This document shows, in pieces, positions 9,069 through 18,526 of a DNA stretch of 64,000 bases (its first letter is position 1; every line of letters starts with the position of its first letter). The stretch covers positions 16,198 through 80,197 of the forward strand of contig JAKSME010000001.1 in the NCBI GenBank assembly GCA_024400785.1. Direction: 5' to 3'. This stretch comes from Bacteroidales bacterium (lineage in GTDB: Bacteria > Bacteroidota > Bacteroidia > Bacteroidales > WCHB1-69). The notes under the pieces are model-generated. The model saw only the letters and a program-made list of their open reading frames with translations. It searched no databases and was not told the origin of the DNA. The position numbers and the translations under genes were made by a program.

Positions 9069-9902
9069 ATGAAACCGCCTGTCATTAGTTTGTGCCTTGT
9101 GTTGCTTATTTTGGGCGGTTCCTGCCAGTATAAAACCTCTCAAAAAGAGACAACGGACAAGATCCATACGACACAGTCCTCGTCTTTATCCTATCCCATA
9201 TCCTTGCAAACACAACTGGATTCCATCAATCGCAATTTGCACATTCTTTCAACCTATACGGAAGGGGATTACCCTAAAGGTTTTGACGCACTCTCTGCTG
9301 CTTCCGCCACTGCGGATGGAATTGTTTCTGCCATCAATAACCATCCCATCCATATTGATTCCGACATCCCTAATTTGAACAAAACAGCAGATTTTAACGG
9401 GATGGTGACAATCTATAATATCAGGGCTTATATCGACGGAACAAAGCAATACGAAGACCATCCCATTCTGGTGTGGCACGCCAACGGCACCAATCAGGCT
9501 GTACGATTTCCAATGATGACCAACATTCATACTATCGATGAATTGAATGAGGAAAAAGGATTGTACCTTTTGCTGGGTACAGAACGACTGTCTGGTTGGT
9601 GCACACTTCAAACTGCTTATGTCATACAAATAAAGGATGGGGAGCTGAATCTCCACTATCCTGCTTTTGCCGAAAGTCCGCAACTGTCGCTATGCAGCTG
9701 TTCTTTCCCCTTCTCATATGATGCAAAAAAGAAAACGCTGAATTACAAAACGGACATTCATAACTACTTGATGGAGGAGCTGATGGGTTACAACGACTCC
9801 CTCACGGCACAAGCTATCTATCCATGGATTATCGACAGCTACATGAAAGATTTCTCTTTCTCCCTGAAATTCGACGGTAATCGCTTCAAACCAGAAAATT
9901 AA
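9069..9902 (+). CDS. Hypothetical lipoprotein
   Basis: 277 aa. Signal sequence ending LGGSC. TACTTTTG box at 9009-9016 upstream. Confidence 0.55.
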   Translation: MKPPVISLCLVLLILGGSCQYKTSQKETTDKIHTTQSSSLSYPISLQTQLDSINRNLHILSTYTEGDYPKGFDALSAASATADGIVSAINNHPIHIDSDIPNLNKTADFNGMVTIYNIRAYIDGTKQYEDHPILVWHANGTNQAVRFPMMTNIHTIDELNEEKGLYLLLGTERLSGWCTLQTAYVIQIKDGELNLHYPAFAESPQLSLCSCSFPFSYDAKKKTLNYKTDIHNYLMEELMGYNDSLTAQAIYPWIIDSYMKDFSFSLKFDGNRFKPEN

Positions 9903-9916
9903 CCGTACTTTTGCGT

Positions 9917-10684
9917 ATGAAACCGCTAACGTTCACATTGTTGCTTTTTGCCTTCCTGCCGTGCATCGCCTGCGGACAATTGGCGACTGAAGAATTGGAC
10001 GGCACAGCAACTCCCGTCCCCGACACGAGTGCTATAATTGCTACCGTGGAACGGAATTTGGCCACAATGGAAGAAATGCCCCATGACAATATTGAGGACG
10101 ACACCCTTCCGGAAAATCTCGCTCAACAGCTGCGTCTTTTCTTTTCATGCTCCTCCATAAAAGAAATCAATCGGTTCATCGACCCTGAAATTGGACTAAC
10201 TGTTCTTTACGCAAATGGCTGCTATCCCGAATATTCCCAATTGGATAGTCTTGACCCTAACAGAAATGTCTATCAATACACTCTTCCTTTTTGGATTTCT
10301 GAATCGCTCTTTCAATCTATTGATTTCAAGAATTTAAAAATCAATCATTTCCAATATACATACACTCCTGTCTTCCAGCGGGAAACCATTTTCAGGGAGG
10401 GCGTGTTCATCGACCAAAGTGAGGACAAAACGGTGATGAGCAATGCCATCAAGAACCTCATCCTAACACGGGGTAAGGAGGGTGCGGATGCGAGCTACCT
10501 GAAAAAACTGAAAAAAGATCTTGCCTTTTATAAAAAGATGGAAAAGAACTCTCTACGGATTGTTATAACCGAAAATAAGTCATCCACTATTGGAGGGGAA
10601 ACAAGGATTTTCCACTTCCATAAAAAGAACGGCAGATTGTACCTCTTCCTCATTGATTTTTATTCCATTGACGGGAGCGTGTAA
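9917..10684 (+). CDS. Hypothetical lipoprotein with shared MKPLTF signal-peptide cassette
   Basis: ATG at 9917 (the ORF-track start at 9911 is TTG). Signal peptide MKPLTFTLLLFAFLPCIAC. The mature part is unrelated to the neighbouring genes. Confidence 0.55.
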   Translation: MKPLTFTLLLFAFLPCIACGQLATEELDGTATPVPDTSAIIATVERNLATMEEMPHDNIEDDTLPENLAQQLRLFFSCSSIKEINRFIDPEIGLTVLYANGCYPEYSQLDSLDPNRNVYQYTLPFWISESLFQSIDFKNLKINHFQYTYTPVFQRETIFREGVFIDQSEDKTVMSNAIKNLILTRGKEGADASYLKKLKKDLAFYKKMEKNSLRIVITENKSSTIGGETRIFHFHKKNGRLYLFLIDFYSIDGSV

Positions 10685-10716
10685 GGGGAACCGGACACAC
10701 GCGGTGCGTCCCTGCG

Positions 10717-10862
10717 AAACCGACCGATTGGATGCCATGTTATGACAAATGTAGGGCTGCCATAATATGACAGCCCTACATCCCCCTTTAATCTTTTAAT
10801 CTCTTCATCTCTAATCTTTCATTTTTCAATTTAACGAACTTGTCGTATCTTTGCGGGCTGAA
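10717..10862 (+). repeat. Repeat R2 copy a (~145 bp hairpin + promoter module)
   Basis: Aligns with 11491-11639. Contains an 11-bp-stem hairpin (10749-10781), a CT-rich tract and a TATCTTTG box (10846-10853). Confidence 0.85.
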
Positions 10863-10887
10863 AAAACCCAGATAATTTCTGCTATTT

Positions 10888-11214
10888 ATGCTGCACAGGA
10901 TGTTTAGTCGAGACACTCTTCGGCAATTTGCCAAAATATTTCTATTCAGTTGCATTGTGCTGGGTTGTATCGTTCTGCTGCTCAGTTTCTTATCCGCTGG
11001 CTACGAAGAAGAGACGAACCTGTCACCATTAGCTGTCACATGCTATAAGCTGTTAAAAGGTCTGCACTTTTCATTGGGATTTTGGAATCGCCTGCTACCC
11101 GCTTGCTCATATTTCGCTTCCATAGCTACCACCAGTTTCTTGGTCAGTCTTGTGATTCTCACACTCATCAGATTACATCTTTTTATTGGAAGGAGAAATC
11201 CGTCTGGGAATTAA
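10888..11214 (+). CDS. Hypothetical small membrane protein
   Basis: 108 aa ORF 35 nt downstream of the R2a -7 box, with about 3 hydrophobic segments. No family recognised. Confidence 0.35.
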   Translation: MLHRMFSRDTLRQFAKIFLFSCIVLGCIVLLLSFLSAGYEEETNLSPLAVTCYKLLKGLHFSLGFWNRLLPACSYFASIATTSFLVSLVILTLIRLHLFIGRRNPSGN

Positions 11215-11372
11215 CTGTACTTGTGCCATCAAATCCCCTTTAAGTGCAATTCTCTTTTCCGCGGCATCACCTGCGGTGTTCTTCCATACCTGCCGCCCGT
11301 GCCTCAGACAGATGCGAGAGGCCTTTCAAACCCCACGTTACGGCGTTCATTTCAGTACACACCTCCAACCAC

Positions 11373-11468
11373 AAAACGTCCAAATCTATACTTTTAACCA
11401 TATATTTGGACAAGATTATAAATTATTTTGTCCAAATGTACATTATTAAGGTATGATTTGGACGTTTT
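11373..11468. repeat. 96-bp nested palindrome carrying four TTTGGAC/GTCCAAA motifs
   Basis: The outer 14-bp arms AAAACGTCCAAATC (11373-11386) and GATTTGGACGTTTT (11455-11468) are perfect inverted repeats. So are the inner 9-bp arms TTTGGACAA (11405-11413) and TTGTCCAAA (11428-11436). Confidence 0.8.
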
Positions 11469-11490
11469 AGTCTTATAGGCATCCCTAAAA

Positions 11491-11639
11491 AAACCACCGA
11501 TTAGCCGCCATGTTATGACAAATGTAGGGCTGCCATAATATGACAGCCCTACATCCTTTAATCCTTTCATCTCTTCATCTCTAATCTTTCAATTTTCAAT
11601 TTTCAGTTTAACGAACTTGTTGTATCTTTGCGGGCTGAA
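11491..11639 (+). repeat. Repeat R2 copy b (hairpin + promoter module)
   Basis: Direct repeat of 10717-10862. Hairpin at 11522-11554, TATCTTTG at 11623-11630. Confidence 0.85.
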
Positions 11640-11658
11640 TACCCACCAACTTTTGCGT

Positions 11659-12288
11659 ATGAAACCGCTAACATTCATATTGTTGTTCCTAGCCTTGCTG
11701 TTGCCTACCACCGCTGACGCACAGCAACGCGACCGATTGGCGGAACTTAACGTGGCGTGCCTCAACGAACACACCCTACAAAGCGGTGACCTGATATTTT
11801 GTAAAGGGTGGTCTGAGATGGATAAGGCCATTACTGCCAGTACAGGAGAATACACACACGTAGCGTTAGTGGAACGCGATAGCGCGGATAACGTGTGGAT
11901 AATAGAGGCCTTACCAGAGGAAGGTGTGCTGCGGAGATCTTTTAGAGAGTTTGAAAGAAGATTCTCCATGTTAAGTACCTTTGACGTATATCGCCTTACC
12001 CAACCCTTTGACACCTCCGCCGTTATCGCCCGTGCCAAGAGTCTTGTCGGAAAGCCGTACGACGAGGCCTTCCTGCCCGACAACGATGCCTACTACTGTT
12101 CGGAACTCATCGAGGTGGTCTTCGGCGGCCTTTTCCCGTTGCAACCGATGAACTGGCGCGATGCTAAAGGCAACCTGCCCGCGTATTGGAAAAAGCATTT
12201 TGAAAAGCTTGGCATACCCGTACCCGAAGGGGTTCCCGGTACCAATCCTACCGACATGAGCCGCTCACCGATACTGAAAAAGTTGTAG
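11659..12288 (+). CDS. YiiX-family permuted papain-like (NlpC/P60-related) amidase/peptidase, secreted
   Basis: ATG at 11659. Signal peptide MKPLTFILLFLALLLPTTADA. Motifs SGDLIFCKG, GEYTHVALV, VWIIEA, VGKPYD and YYCSELI match the YiiX/Peptidase_C92 pattern. Confidence 0.65.
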   Translation: MKPLTFILLFLALLLPTTADAQQRDRLAELNVACLNEHTLQSGDLIFCKGWSEMDKAITASTGEYTHVALVERDSADNVWIIEALPEEGVLRRSFREFERRFSMLSTFDVYRLTQPFDTSAVIARAKSLVGKPYDEAFLPDNDAYYCSELIEVVFGGLFPLQPMNWRDAKGNLPAYWKKHFEKLGIPVPEGVPGTNPTDMSRSPILKKL

Positions 12289-12440
12289 CAGAAGAGGGTA
12301 AGATTTTTACGACATCTTATATACTATTTCTTCCGTTCTCAGCGTTTTATTTCTCGGATTTTGTGCAACGGACTCCACAAAGTCTATGTCAAGTGCGTGT
12401 CATGCCATGATGAAAAACAGATGTCCATTGAAAAAAAATT

Positions 12441-13790
12441 ATGTCTAAAAAGTCCAATCTTTTCCTGTTTTTGAAGGCCCTCATCATTTTGGGGCTGATT
12501 CTTATTCTTTTAATTCCGGCCATGCTGATCAGTAATTTGATTGACGAAAGAGAGTCATTGAGAAGCGAAGCCGTAGTAGAAGTTTCCGGGAAATGGGCCC
12601 ACGACCAAAACCTGGTCGGTCCCTACCTCTCCATCCCCTATTACAATGAAAATGGGAAAGCCTCTGAGAAATGTTTCTTGCAGGTGATGCCTGAAAACTT
12701 GAAGATTACAGGCGATGTGACCACAGAAACTTTACATAGAGGTATTTACGATGTGGTGGTGTACCACTCGAACCTGAAAATCACGGGCAATTTCAGCAAA
12801 AAAGATTTTAAAGATATTCCCTTGGAGGAGCTCTGCCTCGAACGCGCCATTTTGTCAATGGGTATCACCGATTTACGAGGAATAGAGAACCAGTTAGACA
12901 TTCAACTTGGCGACCAAAACTATCGCTTTGAGGCCGGACTTTATAATCAGGACGTGGTCTCTGGTGACGGGATACATGCCATCGTCAATCTTGAAGATAC
13001 CTGTTCAACAGATGATTCTCTTTTGAACAACATTCCCTTCTCCATGTCGCTTTCGCTGAAAGGTTCTGAGCAACTGATGATTTCGCCTATCGGCGGTAAT
13101 ACTGATGTGAATCTCCACTCCAACTGGAACAATCCCAGTTTCACGGGCGATTTTCTCACTTCTGACAAGGAAATCCGTAAAGACGGCTTTGATGCACATT
13201 GGAAAATGATGCACCTCAACCGCGATTTCCCGCAATCATGGAACAGTCATGAAAAGAATTTTTTTCCCCAACACACCACCTTTGGAGTCACTTTCCTATT
13301 GCCGGTGGATGGCTACCAGAAGGCCACCCGCTGCGTGAAATACTCGATCCTCTTCACTACCATTACCTTCCTGGTCTTCTTCTTTGTGGAGATTTTGCGC
13401 AAAAAACGTGTCCATCCGCTACAATACCTGTTGGTGGGCGTTGCGTTGATTGTGTTTTACACGTTGCTGGTTTCCCTCTCCGAGTATTTGGCCTTCAATT
13501 TAGCCTATATTCTTGCCGCTTTGGCCACCATCATCCTCATCACCCTATACTCTAAAGCCGTGCTGAAATCATGGGCACAAGGCGGTTTTGTGGGCGGTGT
13601 GCTGGTGGTGCTTTACGGTTATCTTTTTACCATCATCCAGCTACAGGATTACGCCCTGTTGGCAGGCAGTATCTTTATCTTCATCATCCTCGGTGTGGTG
13701 ATGTTCTTCTCACGGAAGGTGGATTGGTACAATTTGAACGGAGGCGGCAAAGATGAGGGTAACACCCCGCCGCCACCAGCAATACAATAA
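12441..13790 (+). CDS. creD: Cell envelope integrity inner-membrane protein CreD
   Basis: 449 aa. N-terminal TM segment followed by LIDERESLRSEAVVEVSGKWAHDQNLVGPYLSIPY, then a C-terminal cluster of TM helices, as in the CreD family. Confidence 0.8.
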   Translation: MSKKSNLFLFLKALIILGLILILLIPAMLISNLIDERESLRSEAVVEVSGKWAHDQNLVGPYLSIPYYNENGKASEKCFLQVMPENLKITGDVTTETLHRGIYDVVVYHSNLKITGNFSKKDFKDIPLEELCLERAILSMGITDLRGIENQLDIQLGDQNYRFEAGLYNQDVVSGDGIHAIVNLEDTCSTDDSLLNNIPFSMSLSLKGSEQLMISPIGGNTDVNLHSNWNNPSFTGDFLTSDKEIRKDGFDAHWKMMHLNRDFPQSWNSHEKNFFPQHTTFGVTFLLPVDGYQKATRCVKYSILFTTITFLVFFFVEILRKKRVHPLQYLLVGVALIVFYTLLVSLSEYLAFNLAYILAALATIILITLYSKAVLKSWAQGGFVGGVLVVLYGYLFTIIQLQDYALLAGSIFIFIILGVVMFFSRKVDWYNLNGGGKDEGNTPPPPAIQ

Positions 13791-13801
13791 CTATTGTAAA
13801 C

Positions 13802-13834
13802 AAAAAAAGCCGCAGGGATCTGCGGCTTTTTTTT
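13802..13834. terminator. Bidirectional rho-independent terminator
   Basis: A-run, GCCGCAG-GGAT-CTGCGGC hairpin, then T-run, lying between the convergent genes creD and DUF3467. Confidence 0.75.
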
Positions 13835-13848
13835 CGTAATCTGATTTT

Positions 13849-14148
13849 TTACGCCAGCCCGCCATCGCCGCCTATCATCGGAATAACATTCTGTCTCTCT
13901 TCGATTCGGCCATTCTTTTCCTCAAATTTACCAATGCTTTCACGCAATGCCACCAATAATCTCTTGGCATTTTGAGGAGTAAGGATGATGCGAGAACTTA
14001 CTTCACCCTTGGGCATGCCGGGAAGCATGGCGATAAAATCCAAAATGAACTCATTGTCGGAATGAGTAATGATGGTGAGGTTGGAGTATTTTCCTTTGGC
14101 TACCTCTTCGCTGAGGTTGAGGTCTAATTTTTGTTCTTGCTTATTCAT
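13849..14148 (-). CDS. DUF3467-family protein
   Basis: MNKQEQKLDLNLSEEVAKGKYSNLTIITHSDNEFILDF... matches the small DUF3467 family commonly found downstream of rpoC in Bacteroidota. Start taken at the internal Met (14148). Confidence 0.7.
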   Translation of the reverse strand: MNKQEQKLDLNLSEEVAKGKYSNLTIITHSDNEFILDFIAMLPGMPKGEVSSRIILTPQNAKRLLVALRESIGKFEEKNGRIEERQNVIPMIGGDGGLA

Positions 14149-14170
14149 AATTGTGTAATTTCTAATCATT

Positions 14171-14200
14171 AAAAAAGGGGTTAGTGTTTGGCTAACCCCT
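14171..14200 (-). terminator. Rho-independent terminator after rpoC
   Basis: On the minus strand: AGGGGTTAG-CCAAACA-CTAACCCCT followed by TTTTTT, 8 nt after the rpoC stop. Confidence 0.55.
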
Positions 14201-14207
14201 TGAAATT

Positions 14208-17200
14208 TTATTCTTTGGAAGCCATCAGGCTTTCGTATTCTTCCATCGAGGAAACCTCGAGGTTTTGGTATCGTTTCAAACCGGTACCTGCCGGGATGAG
14301 GTGACCTACGATAACGTTTTCCTTCAAGCCAAGCAAGTGGTCTGCCTGAGCGTTGATGGCTGCGTTGGTAAGCACCTTCGTTGTTTCCTGGAAGGATGCG
14401 GCGGAGATGAAGCTACGAATTTGCAGAGAAGCTCGTGTGATACCTTGGAGAATCGGTTTACCGGTAGCCGGGTTGGCATCGCGGACTTCAACCAATTTCT
14501 GGTCACGGCGTTTCAGCAGTGAGTTTTCATCACGCAGCTGTTTCGGAGTGATGATTTGACCTTCATGGAATTCGGTGCTGTCGCCGGCTTCGGTAACAAC
14601 CTTCATTTCCCAAATGTTGTCGTTTTCTTCCTGGAAGTCAACCTTGTTAATCAACTCACCTTGGAGGAATTTGGTATCACCCGGATCTTCGATTTCCATT
14701 TTGCGCATCATCTGGCGAACGATGACTTCGAAGTGTTTGTCATTGATTTTTACACCCTGCAAACGGTAAACTTCCTGAATTTCGTTGACGATGTACTCTT
14801 GAACCTTCATGGCACCCTTAATGTTCAAGATGTCTGACGGTGTGAGAGCACCTTCTGACAACGGAGTACCTGCTTTGACATAGTCGTTTTCCTGAGCCAA
14901 AATTTGTTTGGAAGAAGGAATAAGGTACTGTTTGGTTTCACCGGTTTTAGAAGTGATGTTAACCACACGGTTACCACGTTTGAGTTTCTTTTCAAAGGAG
15001 ACGACACCGTCGATTTCAGAAACGATAGCCGGATCTGAGGGGTTACGTGCTTCAAACAATTCCGTAACGCGCGGAAGACCGCCGGTGATATCGCCCGACT
15101 TACCGAAGGAACGAGGAATCTTAACGAGAATAGCACCAGATTCAATAGTGTCACCCGGTTCTACGGCCAAACGTGCACCTACCGGGATGTCAAAGGTCTT
15201 AATGGTGTTTCCTTCTTCATCGTTTACCAAAATGGTAGGAGTTTTGGTTTTCAAACGGCTTTCAACGATGACACAGTCGTGTGTACCAGCTTGTTCGTCG
15301 GTTTCAACACGATAGGTAACACCTTCGATAATGTCTTTGAAATCGATTTTACCTGAAACTTCAGAAATAATGACTGCATTGAAAGGATCCCAATCAGCAA
15401 TAATGTCACCTTTCTTCACATTGTCACCATGTTTGAAGTACAATTTAGCACCATAAGGAATATTTGCGGAGAACAAAGCAACGGAAGTATTCACGTCGAT
15501 AATCTTCAATTCGGCGGAACGTCCGATGACGATGTAATAGGTCTTGCCTGTTTCGTCTACTTTTTCCAAAGCTCTCAATTCGTCGATGCTCAACAAACCT
15601 TCATTTTTGGCTTGAATACGGCTGTTCGCAACAACGTTGCCAGCCACACCACCAACGTGGAACGTACGAAGAGTCAGCTGCGTACCCGGTTCACCGATGG
15701 ACTGAGCAGCGATAACGCCGACTGCCTCACCAATTTGAACCAACTTGCCGGTAGCCAAGTTACGACCGTAACATTTTTGGCAAATACCGTGTCTGGATTC
15801 ACATGTCGGTACCGAACGAATTTCAACTTCTTCAATACCAGAATCTTCTATTAATTTACAATAGTCTTCGTTAAGTTCCTGACCGGCTTTGACGATAACT
15901 TCGTTGGTTTTCGGGTTGTAAACATCGTGCAGTGTTACACGGCCCAACAAACGGTTTCCGAGGGTTTCGATGATTTCCTCGTTTTTCTTCAAAGCAGTAA
16001 TGGTCAAACCTCTCAAAGTACCGCAATCCTCTTCGGTAATGATAACGTCGTGAGCAACGTCAACCAAACGACGGGTCAAATAACCAGCGTCAGCGGTCTT
16101 CAAAGCGGTATCTGCCAAACCTTTACGAGCACCGTGGGTAGAGATGAAGTATTCCAAAACTGACAAACCTTCCTTGAAGTTTGACAAAATCGGGTTTTCA
16201 ATAATTTCACCGCCGGAAGCACCTGCTTTGGTAGGTTTTGCCATCAAACCACGCATACCTGCCAACTGACGAATCTGAGTTTCAGAACCACGAGCTCCAG
16301 AATCCAACATCATGTATACCGGGTTGAAGCCCTGACGGTCGGCTGCAATCTTCTTAATCAAAACCTTTGACAAAGCTGCATTGGTATGAGTCCAAACGTC
16401 AATGATTTGGTTGGAACGTTCTGTGTTGGTAATATTACCATATTCATACTGCATCTGGATTTCATCCACCTTCTCATTTGATTCAGCAATCAATTGAGCT
16501 TTTTCTTCGGGAATCAATACATCGCCCAAGTTGAAGGACAAACCGCCGACGAATGCCATGCGGAATCCCATGCCCATGATATCATCCAAGAATTTGGTAG
16601 TTGCTGCATTACCGCATTTGTAAAGAACGCTACCGATGATGTCGCGAAGAGCTTTCTTGGTGAGCAGTTTATTAATATAGGGATAATTGCTCGGAACAAC
16701 CTGGTTGAACAACACTCTACCCACCGTGGTTTCGGTAAGAACCAATTTGCCATCGCCTTCCAAGTTCACGCGGCATTTGATTTGTGCATTGAGGTGAACT
16801 TTCTTTTCATTATAAGCGATGATGACTTCTTCCGGGGAGTAGAAGCTCATGCCCTCACCGGCAATCTTCATATCTTCCGTGGATTTCATCGGTTTGGTAA
16901 TGTAATACAAACCGAGAACCATGTCCTGAGAAGGAACGGTGATAGGAGAACCGTTGGCCGGGTTCAAGATGTTATGGGAGGAAAGCATCAACATTTGGGC
17001 TTCCATTACCGCGGCATTGCCCAGCGGAACATGAACTGCCATCTGGTCACCATCGAAGTCAGCGTTGAATGCCGTACAAACGAGGGGGTGCAAACGGAGT
17101 GCCTTGCCTTCGACCAAACGAGGTTGGAAAGCTTGGATACCCAAACGGTGCAAGGTAGGAGCACGGTTCAAAAGTACCGGATGTCCCTTCAAAATATTTT

Positions 17201-18503
17201 CAAGAATATCCCAAATCAACGGATCCTTGCGGTCAACAATCTTCTTTGCTGATTTCACCGTTTTCACAATGCCTCTTTCGAGAATTTTACGGATGATGAA
17301 CGGCTTGAACAATTCGGCTGCCATATCTTTGGGAAGACCGCATTCGTTCATGTGCAATTCCGGACCTACAACGATAACCGAACGGCCTGAGTAGTCAACA
17401 CGCTTACCCAACAAGTTCTGACGGAAACGACCTTGTTTACCTTTCAAACTGTCGGACAATGATTTAAGAGCGCGATTGGTTTCAGTTTTGACGGCGTTGG
17501 TTTTCTTAGAGTTATCGAACAATGAGTCAACAGCTTCCTGCAGCATACGTTTTTCGTTACGCATGATGACATCGGGAGCTTTGATTTCGATCAAGCGTTT
17601 CAGACGGTTGTTTCTGATGATGACGCGACGATAGAGGTCGTTCAAGTCGGAAGTTGCGAAACGGCCGCCATCGAGGGGAACCAAAGGACGGAGTTCGGGA
17701 GGTGTGACAGGGATGATTTTCACAATCATCCATTCCGGTTTGTTTTCGGCACGCTTGTGAGAGTCACGGAAAGCTTCGAAAACCTGCAATCTCTTGAGGA
17801 TGTCTTGCTTTCTTTGCTGTGAAGTTTCCACATTGGCACGTGCGCGAAGTTCATAGGATTCTTTGTCCAAATCAACTTTCTGGAGAAGGTCATAAAGAGC
17901 CTCAGCACCCATCTTAGCAATGAACTTGTTAGGATCAGTGTCATCCAAGAACTTGTTATCTTCCGGCAATTGGTCTACGATTTCAAAATACTCTTCTTCT
18001 GTAAGGAGGGTGAGTTCTTGAACGCCGTCTTTATCTTTGTCTTTGTCTTTATCTTTGTACTTAATACCAGCGGCAACACCGGGTTGGATGACTACAAATT
18101 TTTCATAATAGATGATAGCATCCACCTGTTTTGACTGAATACCAAGCAAAGCGGCAATTTTTTTGAAAAACCAGATATGGGCAACGGGAACTACCAACTG
18201 GATGTGGCCCATTCTTTCACGACGCACTTTGCGTTCAGTGACTTCAACACCGCAACGGTCGCAAACAACACCTTTGTAACGGATGCGTTTGTATTTTCCG
18301 CAATGACATTCCCAGTCTTTGGTGGGACCGAAAATCTTTTCACAGAAAAGACCGTCACGTTCGGGCTTATAAGTCCTATAGTTGATGGTTTCCGGTTTGA
18401 CAACCTCGCCATGTGACTGTTCCAAAATCATTTCCGGAGAAGCCAGACTGACGGTAATTGTTGAAAACTCTTTTCTAGTATTCGTATCTTTTCTAAAAGC
18501 CAT
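14208..18503 (-). CDS. rpoC: DNA-directed RNA polymerase subunit beta'
   Basis: 1431 aa. Zn-finger [23 protein letters not shown], catalytic NADFDGD motif, full-length conservation. Confidence 0.98.
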   Translation of the reverse strand: MAFRKDTNTRKEFSTITVSLASPEMILEQSHGEVVKPETINYRTYKPERDGLFCEKIFGPTKDWECHCGKYKRIRYKGVVCDRCGVEVTERKVRRERMGHIQLVVPVAHIWFFKKIAALLGIQSKQVDAIIYYEKFVVIQPGVAAGIKYKDKDKDKDKDGVQELTLLTEEEYFEIVDQLPEDNKFLDDTDPNKFIAKMGAEALYDLLQKVDLDKESYELRARANVETSQQRKQDILKRLQVFEAFRDSHKRAENKPEWMIVKIIPVTPPELRPLVPLDGGRFATSDLNDLYRRVIIRNNRLKRLIEIKAPDVIMRNEKRMLQEAVDSLFDNSKKTNAVKTETNRALKSLSDSLKGKQGRFRQNLLGKRVDYSGRSVIVVGPELHMNECGLPKDMAAELFKPFIIRKILERGIVKTVKSAKKIVDRKDPLIWDILENILKGHPVLLNRAPTLHRLGIQAFQPRLVEGKALRLHPLVCTAFNADFDGDQMAVHVPLGNAAVMEAQMLMLSSHNILNPANGSPITVPSQDMVLGLYYITKPMKSTEDMKIAGEGMSFYSPEEVIIAYNEKKVHLNAQIKCRVNLEGDGKLVLTETTVGRVLFNQVVPSNYPYINKLLTKKALRDIIGSVLYKCGNAATTKFLDDIMGMGFRMAFVGGLSFNLGDVLIPEEKAQLIAESNEKVDEIQMQYEYGNITNTERSNQIIDVWTHTNAALSKVLIKKIAADRQGFNPVYMMLDSGARGSETQIRQLAGMRGLMAKPTKAGASGGEIIENPILSNFKEGLSVLEYFISTHGARKGLADTALKTADAGYLTRRLVDVAHDVIITEEDCGTLRGLTITALKKNEEIIETLGNRLLGRVTLHDVYNPKTNEVIVKAGQELNEDYCKLIEDSGIEEVEIRSVPTCESRHGICQKCYGRNLATGKLVQIGEAVGVIAAQSIGEPGTQLTLRTFHVGGVAGNVVANSRIQAKNEGLLSIDELRALEKVDETGKTYYIVIGRSAELKIIDVNTSVALFSANIPYGAKLYFKHGDNVKKGDIIADWDPFNAVIISEVSGKIDFKDIIEGVTYRVETDEQAGTHDCVIVESRLKTKTPTILVNDEEGNTIKTFDIPVGARLAVEPGDTIESGAILVKIPRSFGKSGDITGGLPRVTELFEARNPSDPAIVSEIDGVVSFEKKLKRGNRVVNITSKTGETKQYLIPSSKQILAQENDYVKAGTPLSEGALTPSDILNIKGAMKVQEYIVNEIQEVYRLQGVKINDKHFEVIVRQMMRKMEIEDPGDTKFLQGELINKVDFQEENDNIWEMKVVTEAGDSTEFHEGQIITPKQLRDENSLLKRRDQKLVEVRDANPATGKPILQGITRASLQIRSFISAASFQETTKVLTNAAINAQADHLLGLKENVIVGHLIPAGTGLKRYQNLEVSSMEEYESLMASKE

Positions 18504-18526
18504 ACTTTTATAGGTTTTATTTTTTA

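Noticed and set aside
11186-11456. Two overlapping ORFs (87 and 70 aa) across the palindromic element
   Set aside because: They are in different frames over the same DNA, run through perfect inverted repeats, and have no start-site signals or recognisable sequence. They are more likely non-coding or a decayed remnant.
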